This document shows, one piece after another, positions 1 through 10,695 of a stretch of DNA of 64,000 bases; within the stretch, counting starts at the first letter, position 1; every line of letters starts with the position of its first letter. Position numbers and translations under genes: made by a program. Where the stretch lies: the NCBI GenBank assembly GCA_018821435.1, contig JAHJME010000035.1:9514-73513 (forward strand). The letters are read 5' to 3'. This DNA is from Alphaproteobacteria bacterium. GTDB taxonomy: Bacteria > Pseudomonadota > Alphaproteobacteria > Caulobacterales > Caulobacteraceae. The notes below the pieces were generated by a model. That model worked only from the letters and a program-made list of their open reading frames with translations, had not been told where the DNA came from and ran no database searches.

Positions 1-812
1 AGCAGATAGCCGTCGGGATGCAGGATCCGCTCGCGCTTCTGCGGCACCCGGCCGGCCAGGGCGTTCACCAGCCCGGCGACCGTCTCGATCTCCTCGTCCA
101 GATCCTCGGGCGCCAGGTCGGCGCCGTCGCCGATGGCATGCTCCAGCTCCTCCAGCGGCGCGCGGCCATCCACGATCCAGCCCTCGTCGTCGGTGACGAT
201 CGGCAGGTAGGCCTGATCGCCCTCATCGTCGTGCTCGTCGTCGATGGCGCCCACCAGGGTCTCCAGCAGGTCCTCCAGGGTGACCAGGCCGTCCACGCCG
301 CCGAACTCGTCGATCACCAGGGCCATGTGGATGCGCTTGGCGCGCATGTTGGTCAGCAGCTGGGCGGCCGCCATCGACGGCGGCACATACAGCACCTCGC
401 GCACCAGGTGGTGGCGGCCCGACAGGATGTGGTCGTCCGGCTTCGGCTGGCGGGTCTTGCGGGCCAGCAGCTTGAAGACGTCCTTCACGTGGACCACGCC
501 CACCGGCTCGTCCAGGTTCTCCTTGTAGACCGGCATCCGCGAATGCTCGGCCTCCACGAAGCGCGCCACGATGTCGGCGAAGGTCGAGCTGCGCTCGACG
601 CCGACGATGTCGCCGCGGGGCTTCATCACGTCCTCGACGCGAAGATCCTGGAAGGCGCGGGCCTGGTTGACCAGCTCGCCCCCCGACTCCGTCAGGGGCT
701 CGGGGGACTCGTCGGCCGCCGCCTCGGCGGTGCGTCGGAAGAAGTCGAATAGGCCGAGGAGCCCGCGCCGCTGACGCGGGCTCTTTCGACTAGGAGGTTC
801 GGGGTCGTTCAT
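1..812 (-). CDS. CBS-domain hemolysin-family / Mg-Co efflux protein (CorC/HlyC-like), truncated at window edge
   Basis: Not in the ORF track. Manual translation from ATG at 812: MNDPEPPSRK...FQDLRVEDVMKPRGDIVGV...EHSRMPVYKENLDEPVGVVHVKD, a CBS-pair signature. Lies downstream of ybeY as in the usual phoH-ybeY-corC operon. Confidence 0.85.
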   Translation of the reverse strand, partial: MNDPEPPSRKSPRQRRGLLGLFDFFRRTAEAAADESPEPLTESGGELVNQARAFQDLRVEDVMKPRGDIVGVERSSTFADIVARFVEAEHSRMPVYKENLDEPVGVVHVKDVFKLLARKTRQPKPDDHILSGRHHLVREVLYVPPSMAAAQLLTNMRAKRIHMALVIDEFGGVDGLVTLEDLLETLVGAIDDEHDDEGDQAYLPIVTDDEGWIVDGRAPLEELEHAIGDGADLAPEDLDEEIETVAGLVNALAGRVPQKRERILHPDGYL

Positions 813-1266
813 GCTCTCCCTCGCCGGCCGCATAGGGGTCTGGAATACCCAGCCCGGCCAGCACCGCACGCTCAAGACCTTCCATGGTCTCGGCGTCATC
901 ATCGCCGATGTGATCGTATCCGAGAAGATGCAACACGCCATGGACGGTCAAGTGCTGCAAATGATGGCTTAGCGGCTTGCCCTGTTCGACCGCTTCGCGC
1001 GCGCAGACGCCATAGGCCAGGGCCACGTCGCCCAGGTGATCCTCGGGGTTCGGCGGCGCCGGAAACGACAGGACGTTGGTGGCGGTGTCCTTGTCTCGGA
1101 ACCGGGCGTTCAACTCGCGCACGCTCTCGTCGTCGGTCAACAACAGGGTCACGCCGCCCGTCAAGTCCTCGCTGGCCAGCGCCGCCGCCGCCGCGATGCG
1201 CACCAGGGCCTCGGCGTCCGGCAGGGCGTCCGTCCAGGCGGCGTCTTCGACCTCGATGTCGATCAA
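790..1266 (-). CDS. ybeY: rRNA maturation endoribonuclease YbeY
   Basis: LNARFRDKDTATNVLSFP and HGVLHLLGYDH zinc motif; follows phoH. Confidence 0.95.
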   Translation of the reverse strand: MIDIEVEDAAWTDALPDAEALVRIAAAAALASEDLTGGVTLLLTDDESVRELNARFRDKDTATNVLSFPAPPNPEDHLGDVALAYGVCAREAVEQGKPLSHHLQHLTVHGVLHLLGYDHIGDDDAETMEGLERAVLAGLGIPDPYAAGEGEHERPRTS

Positions 1267-2230
1267 ACCGTCCGCCCGTGCTTGGCCGCGTCGGCGTCGT
1301 AGGCGCGGACGATCCGCTCCACCAGCGGGTGGCGGACCACGTCCTCGGCCGAGAATCGGGTGACGCCGATGCCCTTCACGCCCTCCAGAAGTCCCACGGC
1401 GTGGGCCAAGCCGGAATCGCGGGGGTTGGGAAGGTCGATCTGGGTCGGGTCGCCGGTGACCGCCATGCGCGCGCCCTCGCCCAGGCGCGTCAGCACCATC
1501 TTCATCTGGGCGCGGCTGGCGTTCTGGGCCTCGTCGACGATGACGAAGGCGTGGCTCAGCGTCCGGCCGCGCAGGAAGGCGATGGGCGCGACCTCGATCT
1601 CGCCCTTCTCACGCCGGCGGCGCAGCTGTTCGGCGCCCAGGATGTCGGTCAGCGCCTCCCAGACGGGCGCCATATAGGGGTCGACCTTTTCGTTCATGTC
1701 GCCCGGCAGGAAGCCCAGGCGCTCGCCGGCCTCCACCGCCGGCCGCGCCACGATCAGCCGGTCCACCGCGCCACGCAGCAGCATCCCCGCGCCGTGGGCC
1801 ACGGCCAGGAAGGTCTTGCCGGTGCCGGCCGGTCCCAGGCCGAACACCAGGTCGCACTGGCTCAGCGCGTCGAGATACTTCGCCTGGGTGGGCGTCTTGG
1901 GCGCCACCTGACCGCGCTTGCCCACCGGCAGGATCGAGCCCGGGCTGGTCGAGCCCACGCTCCCGCCGCCACCGCCCCGCGCCTGGCCGATGGCCACGCG
2001 CACGTCGGCCTCGCCGATCTCCAGGCCCTGGTCGGCGCGCTCGGCGATGGCGAGCACGGTCTTCTTGGCCTGCCCCCGCGACTTGGCGTCGCCCGATATG
2101 GAGACGCCGCCGCCGGGGGTTTCCACCAGGACGCCGAAGGCGTCCTCGATCAGGGCGGCATGACGGCTGTTGGCGCCGGCGACCGCGCGGACGGCATCGT
2201 CGGACAGGGCGATGAACTCAGGGGCTCGGC

Positions 2231-2234
<4 letters not shown>
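1263..2234 (-). CDS. phoH: PhoH family ATPase
   Basis: [13 protein letters not shown] Walker [32 protein letters not shown]. Confidence 0.93.
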
Positions 2235-3586
<1,352 letters not shown>

Positions 3587-3624
3587 GGCAGGCGTTATGG
3601 GGTTGGGGAGAGGCTCGCGCAAGT

Positions 3625-3765
3625 TTCCCTCCCTTGATGGGGAGGGACAGACGGCGAAGCCGTCAGGGTGAGGAGATGTGTGCCAGAGTGCGGGCGCGGG
3701 AGCTTGAGCCCGGCTCCCTCACCCTGCTCGCTGCGCGAGCGGTCCCTCCCCATCAAGGGAGGGAA
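3625..3765. repeat. CIR/RIME-like palindromic intergenic element
   Basis: Perfect 24-bp terminal inverted repeat ttccctcccttgatggggagggac (3625-3648 / 3742-3765), inner IR cagggtgagg/cctcaccctg, and a small hairpin in each arm. Confidence 0.85.
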
Positions 3766-3766
3766 G

Positions 3767-4177
3767 TCACTCGTCGATCGGCATCCCGTAGAGTTCCAGC
3801 CGGTGATCCACCAGGCGGTAGCCCAGCTTCTTGGCGATCGCGACCTGCAGGGCCTCGATCTCCTCGTCGACGAACTCCACCACCTTGCCGGTCTTCATGT
3901 CGATCAGATGGTCGTGGTGGTCGTCGGAGTGTTCCTCGTACCGCGAGCGGCCGTCGCGGAAGTCCAGGCGATCGATGATCCCCGCCTCCTCGAACAGGCG
4001 CACGGTGCGATAGACGGTGGCGATGGAGATGTGCGGGTCCACGGCGTGGGCGCGGCGATGCAACTCCTCCACGTCCGGGTGGTCAGAAGCCGACGACAGC
4101 ACGCGCGCGATGACGCGGCGCTGCTCGGTCATGCGCATGTTCTTCTCGAGGCAAAGTTTCTCGATGCGGTCCGACAC
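3767..4177 (-). CDS. fur: Ferric uptake regulator family protein
   Basis: RMTEQRRVIARVL, HPDVEELHRR, ISIATVYRTVRLFEE, HHDHLID motifs. Confidence 0.92.
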   Translation of the reverse strand: MSDRIEKLCLEKNMRMTEQRRVIARVLSSASDHPDVEELHRRAHAVDPHISIATVYRTVRLFEEAGIIDRLDFRDGRSRYEEHSDDHHDHLIDMKTGKVVEFVDEEIEALQVAIAKKLGYRLVDHRLELYGMPIDE

Positions 4178-4209
4178 AGGGGCCTCTCTCGTTTGTGTTG
4201 AGGATAGGT

Positions 4210-4665
4210 CTAGTCAGGTCCGGATGTAAGGTCGAGACGCATGACGAGCGCGTCCGCACGTCCATTCGCGCCGCGATCGTAATAGGCGCGCCGCAAGCCC
4301 GCCCGCGCGAAGCCCAGGCGCTCGTAGAGGGCCAAGGCGCCGTCGTTGGCGACATCCACCTCCAGGAACATCGCCTGGGCGCCCGCCTCCCGCGCCACGC
4401 CGATCGCGGCGGTCATCAGCGCCTGGCCGATGCCTTGGCGCCGCGCCCAGGGCGCCACGCCCACGGTCAGGATCTCGGCTTCCCCGGCCATGGTGCGGCA
4501 GATCAGGACGCCCGCCGGATCCTCGGCGCGGACCAGGAAGCCGAACACGCCGATGCCCTCCAGCAGGTCCTCGAAGTCGGTCTCGTCCCAGGGGGTGTCG
4601 AAGGCCTGGGCGTGGGCCGAGGCCATGTCCGGCGCGTCGGCGGCGATCGCGGCGGTCAGCTTCAC
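4210..4665 (-). CDS. rimI: RimI-like GNAT N-acetyltransferase
   Basis: EAEILTVGV, RRQGIGQALM, MFLEV...N..ALALYERLGF...RRAYY; coupled to tsaB. Confidence 0.85.
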   Translation of the reverse strand: MKLTAAIAADAPDMASAHAQAFDTPWDETDFEDLLEGIGVFGFLVRAEDPAGVLICRTMAGEAEILTVGVAPWARRQGIGQALMTAAIGVAREAGAQAMFLEVDVANDGALALYERLGFARAGLRRAYYDRGANGRADALVMRLDLTSGPD

Positions 4666-5303
4666 AGGCTGATCCCGCCGGGCAGCTTCGCGTCGGGCGC
4701 GCGCAGGTAGAGGGGCCGGATCGGCGTCGGCGCACTCGCGGCGGCCAGGCGGGCGACGGCGCGGGCGTCGCAGCCCTCGGGCGTCAGGATCCTGGCCCCC
4801 GGCGCGGCGTCGCCGAGCAGATGCGCGCCGGATCCCACCAAGGTCAGGGGCCGGCCCATGGCCAGCTCGGCCAGCCGCGCGGCGGCGGTGCCGATCGGCA
4901 GAACGTCGGCCGCCATCAGGGCCTCGCCGTCCTCGAAGATCTGCAGATAGATCTGGTCGCGCCGCGCATCGATTGCCGCCGCCACCAGGCCGGACGCCTC
5001 GGCCGCCAACGCCTCCAGCGCACCGACGCCGACGGCGGGGATGCCCAGCGCCGAGCCCAGGCCCTTGGCGAACGCCACGCCGACCCGCAGGCCGGTGAAC
5101 GACCCCGGGCCGACGGTCGCGCCGATGCGGTTCAGCCTGGAAAACGGAAGGCCGGCTCTGGCCATCACCGCCTGGGCCATCGGGGCCAGCCGTTCCTGGT
5201 GGCCGCGCGCCATCGCCTCGGAGGCATGGGTCAGCACGGTCTCGCCATCGAGTACGGCGACCGAGCAGGCGTTGAGGCAGGTGTCGAGTCCGAGGACGAT
5301 CAT
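4662..5303 (-). CDS. tsaB: tRNA t6A biosynthesis protein TsaB
   Basis: LGLDTC N-terminus, GPGSFTGLRVG, IDARR. Confidence 0.93.
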   Translation of the reverse strand: MIVLGLDTCLNACSVAVLDGETVLTHASEAMARGHQERLAPMAQAVMARAGLPFSRLNRIGATVGPGSFTGLRVGVAFAKGLGSALGIPAVGVGALEALAAEASGLVAAAIDARRDQIYLQIFEDGEALMAADVLPIGTAAARLAELAMGRPLTLVGSGAHLLGDAAPGARILTPEGCDARAVARLAAASAPTPIRPLYLRAPDAKLPGGISL

Positions 5304-5334
5304 CGGCTCTCGGGTAGCCGGTTCGAGGCCGAGC

Positions 5335-5910
5335 TTAAAGGGCCTGTTCGACGGCGGTCACTTCCGGAACGTAGTGCTTGAGCATGTTCTCCACGCCGGC
5401 CTTGAGCGTTGCCGAGGACGACGGGCAGCCCGAGCAGGCGCCGCGCATGTTCAGCCAGACGACCCCGGTCTCGACGTCGAAGCGGTTGAACAGGATGTCG
5501 CCGCCGTCCTGGGCCACGGCCGGGCGGATGCGGGTGTCCAGCAGGTCCTTGATCTCGGCGACGATCTGGGCGGTCTCGCCCTCGTAGACGCCCTCGTCAT
5601 GGCCGCCGGCCTCGCTGTCGCCCGCGTCGGCGAACAGGGGCTGGCCCGAGGTGAAGTGGTCCATGATCGCGGCCAGGATCGGCGCCTTCAGCAGCGGCCA
5701 GTCCACCGATTCGTGCTTGCCCACGGTGATGAAGTCCGGGCCGTAGAACACCCGGTTCACGCCGGTGACCTCGAACAGCTCGGCCGCCAGCGCCGAGGCG
5801 GCGGCTTCTTCCGGCGTCCGGAAATCGCGCGTGCCTTCGCCCAGCACGGCCTTGCCGGGCAGGAACTTCAGGACCTCGGGGTTCGGCGTGGCTTCGGTCT
5901 GGATGAACAT
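5335..5910 (-). CDS. NifU/Nfu-type Fe-S cluster carrier (Nfu_N + NifU domain); start probably ATG 5910
   Basis: MFIQTEATPNPEVLKFLPG, IRPAVAQDGGDI, GACSGCPSS CxxC motif. Confidence 0.92.
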   Translation of the reverse strand: MFIQTEATPNPEVLKFLPGKAVLGEGTRDFRTPEEAAASALAAELFEVTGVNRVFYGPDFITVGKHESVDWPLLKAPILAAIMDHFTSGQPLFADAGDSEAGGHDEGVYEGETAQIVAEIKDLLDTRIRPAVAQDGGDILFNRFDVETGVVWLNMRGACSGCPSSSATLKAGVENMLKHYVPEVTAVEQAL

Positions 5911-6020
5911 GGAAGGAGATGTGGCGCTGTGGCCGCCCGGAAGCAATAGCGACATAAATTCCAACGGCGCGTGGGGCATGATCCAGGCAGGGACGCCGAC
6001 ATTATCCGTTGGAGCCCCTC

Positions 6021-6602
6021 ATGACGCCAATACGCCTGACCCTCGCCACGGCCGCGGCCCTCCTCATCGGGCACGGCGCCCGCGCGGCGCCGACGGCCAG
6101 CGGAGCCATCGTCGACGCCTTCCGGACAATCTGCGCCACCGACGACCCGACCCCCGAAGCCACGCTCGCCAGGGCCGAAAGCCTGGGATGGCGCAGGTCC
6201 GGGCCGGACGCCCCTCCGGACTTCGACCCCAAGAGCCAGCGGCTGGCGCCGACCGGCGCGGGCGGCCTGATCCTCGGCGCCCAGGCCGAAACGACCACGA
6301 CCGTGCGCGTCGACAGTTGCGGGGTTTCTGCCCCGGTCCCGGTGCATGGCCTCGCCGAGGCGACCGAGGCTTGGCTGGGAAGCCAGCCGATCTTCGCCAT
6401 GCGCCACTCGGCCAGCTTCTCGGCGGTTCGGATCGACGGCGCCCTGCGGCCGGCCGTCGGACTGGATCAAGACCAGATCCAGGCGGCCCGTCGCGACGGC
6501 CGCCTCTACAGCCTCATGGTGCTGGACGATGAAACCGGCGCGACCGGCAAGGGACGCGCCACCCTGGCGCTGCTCAGGATCGAGCCCGAACCCGGCCCTT
6601 AG
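6021..6602 (+). CDS. Hypothetical exported protein
   Basis: Signal-peptide-like N-terminus (RLTLATAAALLIGHGARA), GC-rich third positions, fills the gap between nfu and usp. Confidence 0.65.
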   Translation: MTPIRLTLATAAALLIGHGARAAPTASGAIVDAFRTICATDDPTPEATLARAESLGWRRSGPDAPPDFDPKSQRLAPTGAGGLILGAQAETTTTVRVDSCGVSAPVPVHGLAEATEAWLGSQPIFAMRHSASFSAVRIDGALRPAVGLDQDQIQAARRDGRLYSLMVLDDETGATGKGRATLALLRIEPEPGP

Positions 6603-7075
6603 GCCAGGTCCGCGATCTCGTCGTCGGTGAGGTCGCCGGGGACGATGGTGATCGGGACCTTGCGGCTGCCCCACTTCACCCCCTCCTTGGCGATGGCGCT
6701 GACCAGCGGCCCCGGGCCGCGCCCGCCGACCGCGGCGGCCAGCACCATGATCTTGATGTCCGGGTCGTCGCTCAACACCTGCTTCAGGGCCGCGCGGGCG
6801 GAATCGGCTTCCTTGATCAGGAATTCCGGCGGCAGGCCGGTCTCGGCCTGGACGAACTCGGCGCTCGCCTGCAGTGAGGCCTCGGCCTCCTGCCGCTGCT
6901 GGCGGGCGATCTCCTCGCGGACGCCGGACCAGTGCTCGAAGACCGCTGGCTCGATCACCTTGAGCAGGGCGACATAGCCGCCGGTCGAGCGCGCACGACG
7001 GCAGGCGAAGCGCAGCGCCACCTGGAACTCCGCCGTCTCGTCGGCCACCACGAGGAACTTGCGCCGGGTGCTCAT
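6599..7075 (-). CDS. Universal stress protein (UspA family)
   Basis: KFLVVADET...ALRFA, and C-terminal VPITIVP typical of USP. Confidence 0.85.
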   Translation of the reverse strand: MSTRRKFLVVADETAEFQVALRFACRRARSTGGYVALLKVIEPAVFEHWSGVREEIARQQRQEAEASLQASAEFVQAETGLPPEFLIKEADSARAALKQVLSDDPDIKIMVLAAAVGGRGPGPLVSAIAKEGVKWGSRKVPITIVPGDLTDDEIADLA

Positions 7076-7111
7076 GATCCGAGCGTGGCCCGGCGCAACA
7101 TCATCCGCAAG

Positions 7112-8146
7112 TCAGCCGGCCCAGAAGCCGACCAGCTTCTTCACCTCGGCCACTGTCGGCGCCGCCAGTTCGCGGGCCCGCAGCGCGCCGTCGCCCAGCA
7201 CCCGGTCGATCTCGGCGGGGTCGGACAGCAGCCGGCGCATCTCGCCGCCGATCGGGCCCATGACCGACACGGCCAGGTCGGCGAGCTTGGGCTTGAACGC
7301 GCCGAAGCCCTGGCCGGCGTATTCGGTCAGCACGGCGGCCTCGGTGCTGCCGGACAGCGCCGCGTAGATGGCCACCAGGTTCTTGGCCTCGGCGCGGCCC
7401 TCCAGCCCCTCGGCCGTTTCCGGCAGCGGGTCGGCATCGGTGCGCGCTTTGCGGACCTTCTGGGCGATCGCGTCGGCGTCGTCGGTCAGGTTGATGCGCG
7501 AGTTGTCCGACGGGTCGGACTTGCTCATCTTGGCCGTCCCGTCCCGCAGGCTCATCACCCGCGCGCCCGGCCCCTGGGTCAGGGGTTCCGGGAGGGGGAA
7601 GAAGCCCGGCGCGGAGAAGTCGTTGTTGAACTTCTGGGCGATGTCGCGCGTGAGTTCCAGATGCTGCCGCTGGTCATCGCCCACGGGGACCTTGGTCGCC
7701 TTGTAGGCCAGGATGTCGGCCGCCTGGAGCACCGGGTAGGTATAGAGCCCGACGCTCTCGCGCTCCTTGTGCTTGCCGGCCTTGTCCTTGAACTGGGTCA
7801 TCCGGTCCAGCCAGCCCAGGCGGGCGACGCAGTTGAACACCCAGGCCAGCTCGGCGTGCTCGGGCACCGCCGACTGGGCGAAGATGGTGGCGACCTTGGG
7901 GTCGAGGCCGGTCGCCAGATAGGCCGCGGCGATCTCGCGGACCTGGTTCTTCAGCTTCGACGGCTCCTGCCACGCGGTGATGGCGTGCATGTCGGCGACG
8001 AAGATGTAGGTCGGGATCTCGTGCTGCAGGCGCGCGAACTTCACCAGGGCGCCCAGGTAGTTGCCCAGGTGCAGGTCGCCGGTCGGCTGGACGCCGGACA
8101 GCACACGTTCGGGGCCCGCGTACGGGGTCGGAGCTTGGTCGGTCAT
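7112..8146 (-). CDS. trpS: Tryptophan-tRNA ligase
   Basis: [16 protein letters not shown] (HIGH-like), [27 protein letters not shown]. Confidence 0.96.
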   Translation of the reverse strand: MTDQAPTPYAGPERVLSGVQPTGDLHLGNYLGALVKFARLQHEIPTYIFVADMHAITAWQEPSKLKNQVREIAAAYLATGLDPKVATIFAQSAVPEHAELAWVFNCVARLGWLDRMTQFKDKAGKHKERESVGLYTYPVLQAADILAYKATKVPVGDDQRQHLELTRDIAQKFNNDFSAPGFFPLPEPLTQGPGARVMSLRDGTAKMSKSDPSDNSRINLTDDADAIAQKVRKARTDADPLPETAEGLEGRAEAKNLVAIYAALSGSTEAAVLTEYAGQGFGAFKPKLADLAVSVMGPIGGEMRRLLSDPAEIDRVLGDGALRARELAAPTVAEVKKLVGFWAG

Positions 8147-8272
8147 GATGTGAGGCTTCTCGAAGAACTGGCAGGCGGGCGCAAGCCCGGTTTCGCGGGG
8201 GTCAGCGGGTCAGCGCCATCGCCAAGTGAGACGTTCGAAAGCCATGCCGATGCCGATACCGCCGCCAGCGCG

Positions 8273-9913
8273 TCAGGGCAAGTCGGCCGACGGTGCGGCC
8301 ACGTCGCCCTTTCGCCGGCGGAAGGCGGCCTTGGCCTCGGCCGGTGTGACCCCGCCGAACGCGAACAGCAGCGCCGGATAGAGCGCCGCGCCGGCGATGC
8401 AGACCAGGATGACGGTGATCTCCTTCGCCCCGCCGCCGCCGGTCAAGGCCGCCACCGGCCGCTCCAGCAGATCGCGGAAGTGCGAGGCCAGCGCCGCCGC
8501 GGCGCCCAGGCCGATGCTGGCCAGGGTGACCCGGATCACCTTGCCCGTCGCGCGCGCCGAGGGGGTCCAGATCGACTTTGCCCGCAGGTAGACCAGCATC
8601 TGGATCACCGTGATCCACGAGGCCGCCGCCGTGGCGAAGGCGATGCCCTGGAAGCCCAGGGTGAAGAACAGCGCCACGCCCAGAGCGATGTTCACCCCCA
8701 CCGAGATCAGCGAATAGATCATGGGGTTCTTGGTGTCGCCGCGGGCGAAGAACGCCGGCTGCAGGATCTTGATCAGCACGAACGCGGGCACGCCCCAGCC
8801 GTAGTGGAACAGCAGCTTGGCCGAATCCAGCGCATCCTTGCTGGTGAACGCGGCCCGGGCGAAGAAGCCGTCGGTCAGGTAGAACGGCATGCCCATCAGC
8901 GCCGCCGCCGCCGGCAGGCTCAGCGCCAGGCCGAACACCACCGCCTGGTCCATGGCGGCCTGGGCGTCGCCCTTGTCTTCGACCTGCAAGGCCGTGGAGA
9001 GCCGGGGCAGCAAGGCCACGCCGATCGCCACGCCCACTAGGCTCAAGGGCAATTGGTAGAACCGCTCGGCCACGTTCAGCCACACCCGCATCCCCGCCAC
9101 CTGGCTGGCCAGCATCGCCGAGATGAACAGGTTGATCTGGGTGGCGCTGGACGCGATCACGCCGGGCACCATGCGGCGCACCAGCGCCTTGATCTCCGGC
9201 GTCAGCTTCAGGTGGCGCGGATGGATCCGCGCGCCGCTGCGACGCGCGCCCCACCAGCAGAGCGCCGCCTGGCTGACCCCCGCCACGACCACGCCCCAGG
9301 ACGCGGCGTAGGCGGCCTGGGTCGGGTCCTTCTGCGGCAGCACCACCGCCAGCATCACCACGTTCAGGACCGTGGGATAGAACCCGTAGACGATGAAGCG
9401 CCCCCGCGCCTGCAGCGTGCCGGCGAACAGCGCCGCGATCACCATGCAGGGCAGATAGGGCATGGTGATCTGAGTCAAGATCACCGCCAGCTTGAACTTA
9501 GCCGGGTCCTCCAGGAAGCCATAGCTGTAGACCGTCATGATCCACGGCATGGCCAGCTGGCAGGCGATGGTGATCGCCACGGTCGCCGCCGCCATGGTCG
9601 CCAGGGCGTCGGCGGCGAAGCGGTCGGCGGCCTCCTTGCCGTCCGATACCAGGCGCTTGGCGTAGTCGGGCACGAAGGCGGCGGCGAACGCGCCCTCGGC
9701 GAACATTCGGCGGAACAGGTTCGGGAAGGTCAGCGCCGTGTAGTAGGCGTCGGCGGCGATGGTCTGGCTGGCGCCCAGCTTGGCGGTGATCACCAGGTCG
9801 CGCGCCAACCCCAAGAACCGGCTGACCAGCGTCAGGCCCGAAAAGATCGCCGACGACCGGATCAGCCCGCCCTGTTTGGCGGGAGGCTTGGCGTCGCTCT
9901 TGGGCTTGGTCAC
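8273..9913 (-). CDS. murJ: Lipid II flippase MurJ (MviN)
   Basis: SRFLGLARD, FPNLFRRMFAEGAF, RFYQLPLSLVGVAIG; many TM helices. Confidence 0.95.
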   Translation of the reverse strand: MTKPKSDAKPPAKQGGLIRSSAIFSGLTLVSRFLGLARDLVITAKLGASQTIAADAYYTALTFPNLFRRMFAEGAFAAAFVPDYAKRLVSDGKEAADRFAADALATMAAATVAITIACQLAMPWIMTVYSYGFLEDPAKFKLAVILTQITMPYLPCMVIAALFAGTLQARGRFIVYGFYPTVLNVVMLAVVLPQKDPTQAAYAASWGVVVAGVSQAALCWWGARRSGARIHPRHLKLTPEIKALVRRMVPGVIASSATQINLFISAMLASQVAGMRVWLNVAERFYQLPLSLVGVAIGVALLPRLSTALQVEDKGDAQAAMDQAVVFGLALSLPAAAALMGMPFYLTDGFFARAAFTSKDALDSAKLLFHYGWGVPAFVLIKILQPAFFARGDTKNPMIYSLISVGVNIALGVALFFTLGFQGIAFATAAASWITVIQMLVYLRAKSIWTPSARATGKVIRVTLASIGLGAAAALASHFRDLLERPVAALTGGGGAKEITVILVCIAGAALYPALLFAFGGVTPAEAKAAFRRRKGDVAAPSADLP

Positions 9914-10041
9914 GGGGCCTTGGTCGGCTGCGTCGGGAGGCGCGTCAACCTAGCCGCTGGCCGCGCCGCGGGCGTGTGGAATCTTGGTGCAGGATCGTCG
10001 CGCTTCGTTAGGGTTCTAACGAACACGCTTGGGAGGGCGTC

Positions 10042-10695
10042 ATGGCATTGCAGGTTATCGGCTCGGGCCTCGGCCGCACGGGCACGCTGTCCACGAAGCT
10101 GGCGCTGGAGGCCCTGGGCTTCGGCCCCACCCACCACATGGTCGAGGTGTTCATGCACCCCGACAGCGTGCCCCTCTGGGTCGAGGCGGGGAACGGCCGG
10201 CCGGACTGGGATGCGATCTTCGCCGGCTACGGCTCGATGGTCGACCACCCGGGCTGCTGCTACTGGCGCGAGCTGATGGATTACTATCCGGACGCCAAGG
10301 TGCTCCACACCGTGCGCGACCCCGACAAGTGGTTCGACTCCACCCAGGCGACGATCTTCAACCCCGAGCGGCCCGCGCCGCCGGAGGGCACGCCCATCCG
10401 GCCGTTCTTCGACTGGCTCAACGGCTGGTACGGGGGCGACATGCACGATCGCGGCTTCATGACCGACTTCTTCCGCCGCCACACCGAGGCGGTGGTGGCC
10501 GGCGTGCCCAAGGATCGCCTGCTGGTGTTCCAGGTCTCGGACGGCTGGGCGCCGCTCTGCGAGTTCCTGGGCGCGCCCGTGCCCGACGCGCCGTTCCCGC
10601 GTGAGAACAGCAGCGAACAGTTCAAGGTCAACCTGACCGGCACGCGCGAACCGGCGGCCCTGCGGGCGATGCTGGAGGCGGCGAAGCCGGTCTAG
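10042..10695 (+). CDS. Sulfotransferase-family protein (Sulfotransfer_4-like P-loop fold)
   Basis: VIGSGLGRTGTLS N-terminal loop, PDAKVLHTVRDPDKW, LLVFQVSDGWAPLCEFLG..VPD.PFPREN. Confidence 0.8.
   Translation: MALQVIGSGLGRTGTLSTKLALEALGFGPTHHMVEVFMHPDSVPLWVEAGNGRPDWDAIFAGYGSMVDHPGCCYWRELMDYYPDAKVLHTVRDPDKWFDSTQATIFNPERPAPPEGTPIRPFFDWLNGWYGGDMHDRGFMTDFFRRHTEAVVAGVPKDRLLVFQVSDGWAPLCEFLGAPVPDAPFPRENSSEQFKVNLTGTREPAALRAMLEAAKPV

Noticed and set aside
790-812. 23-bp overlap of ybeY and the CBS-domain gene
   Set aside because: Ordinary translational coupling within a conserved operon.
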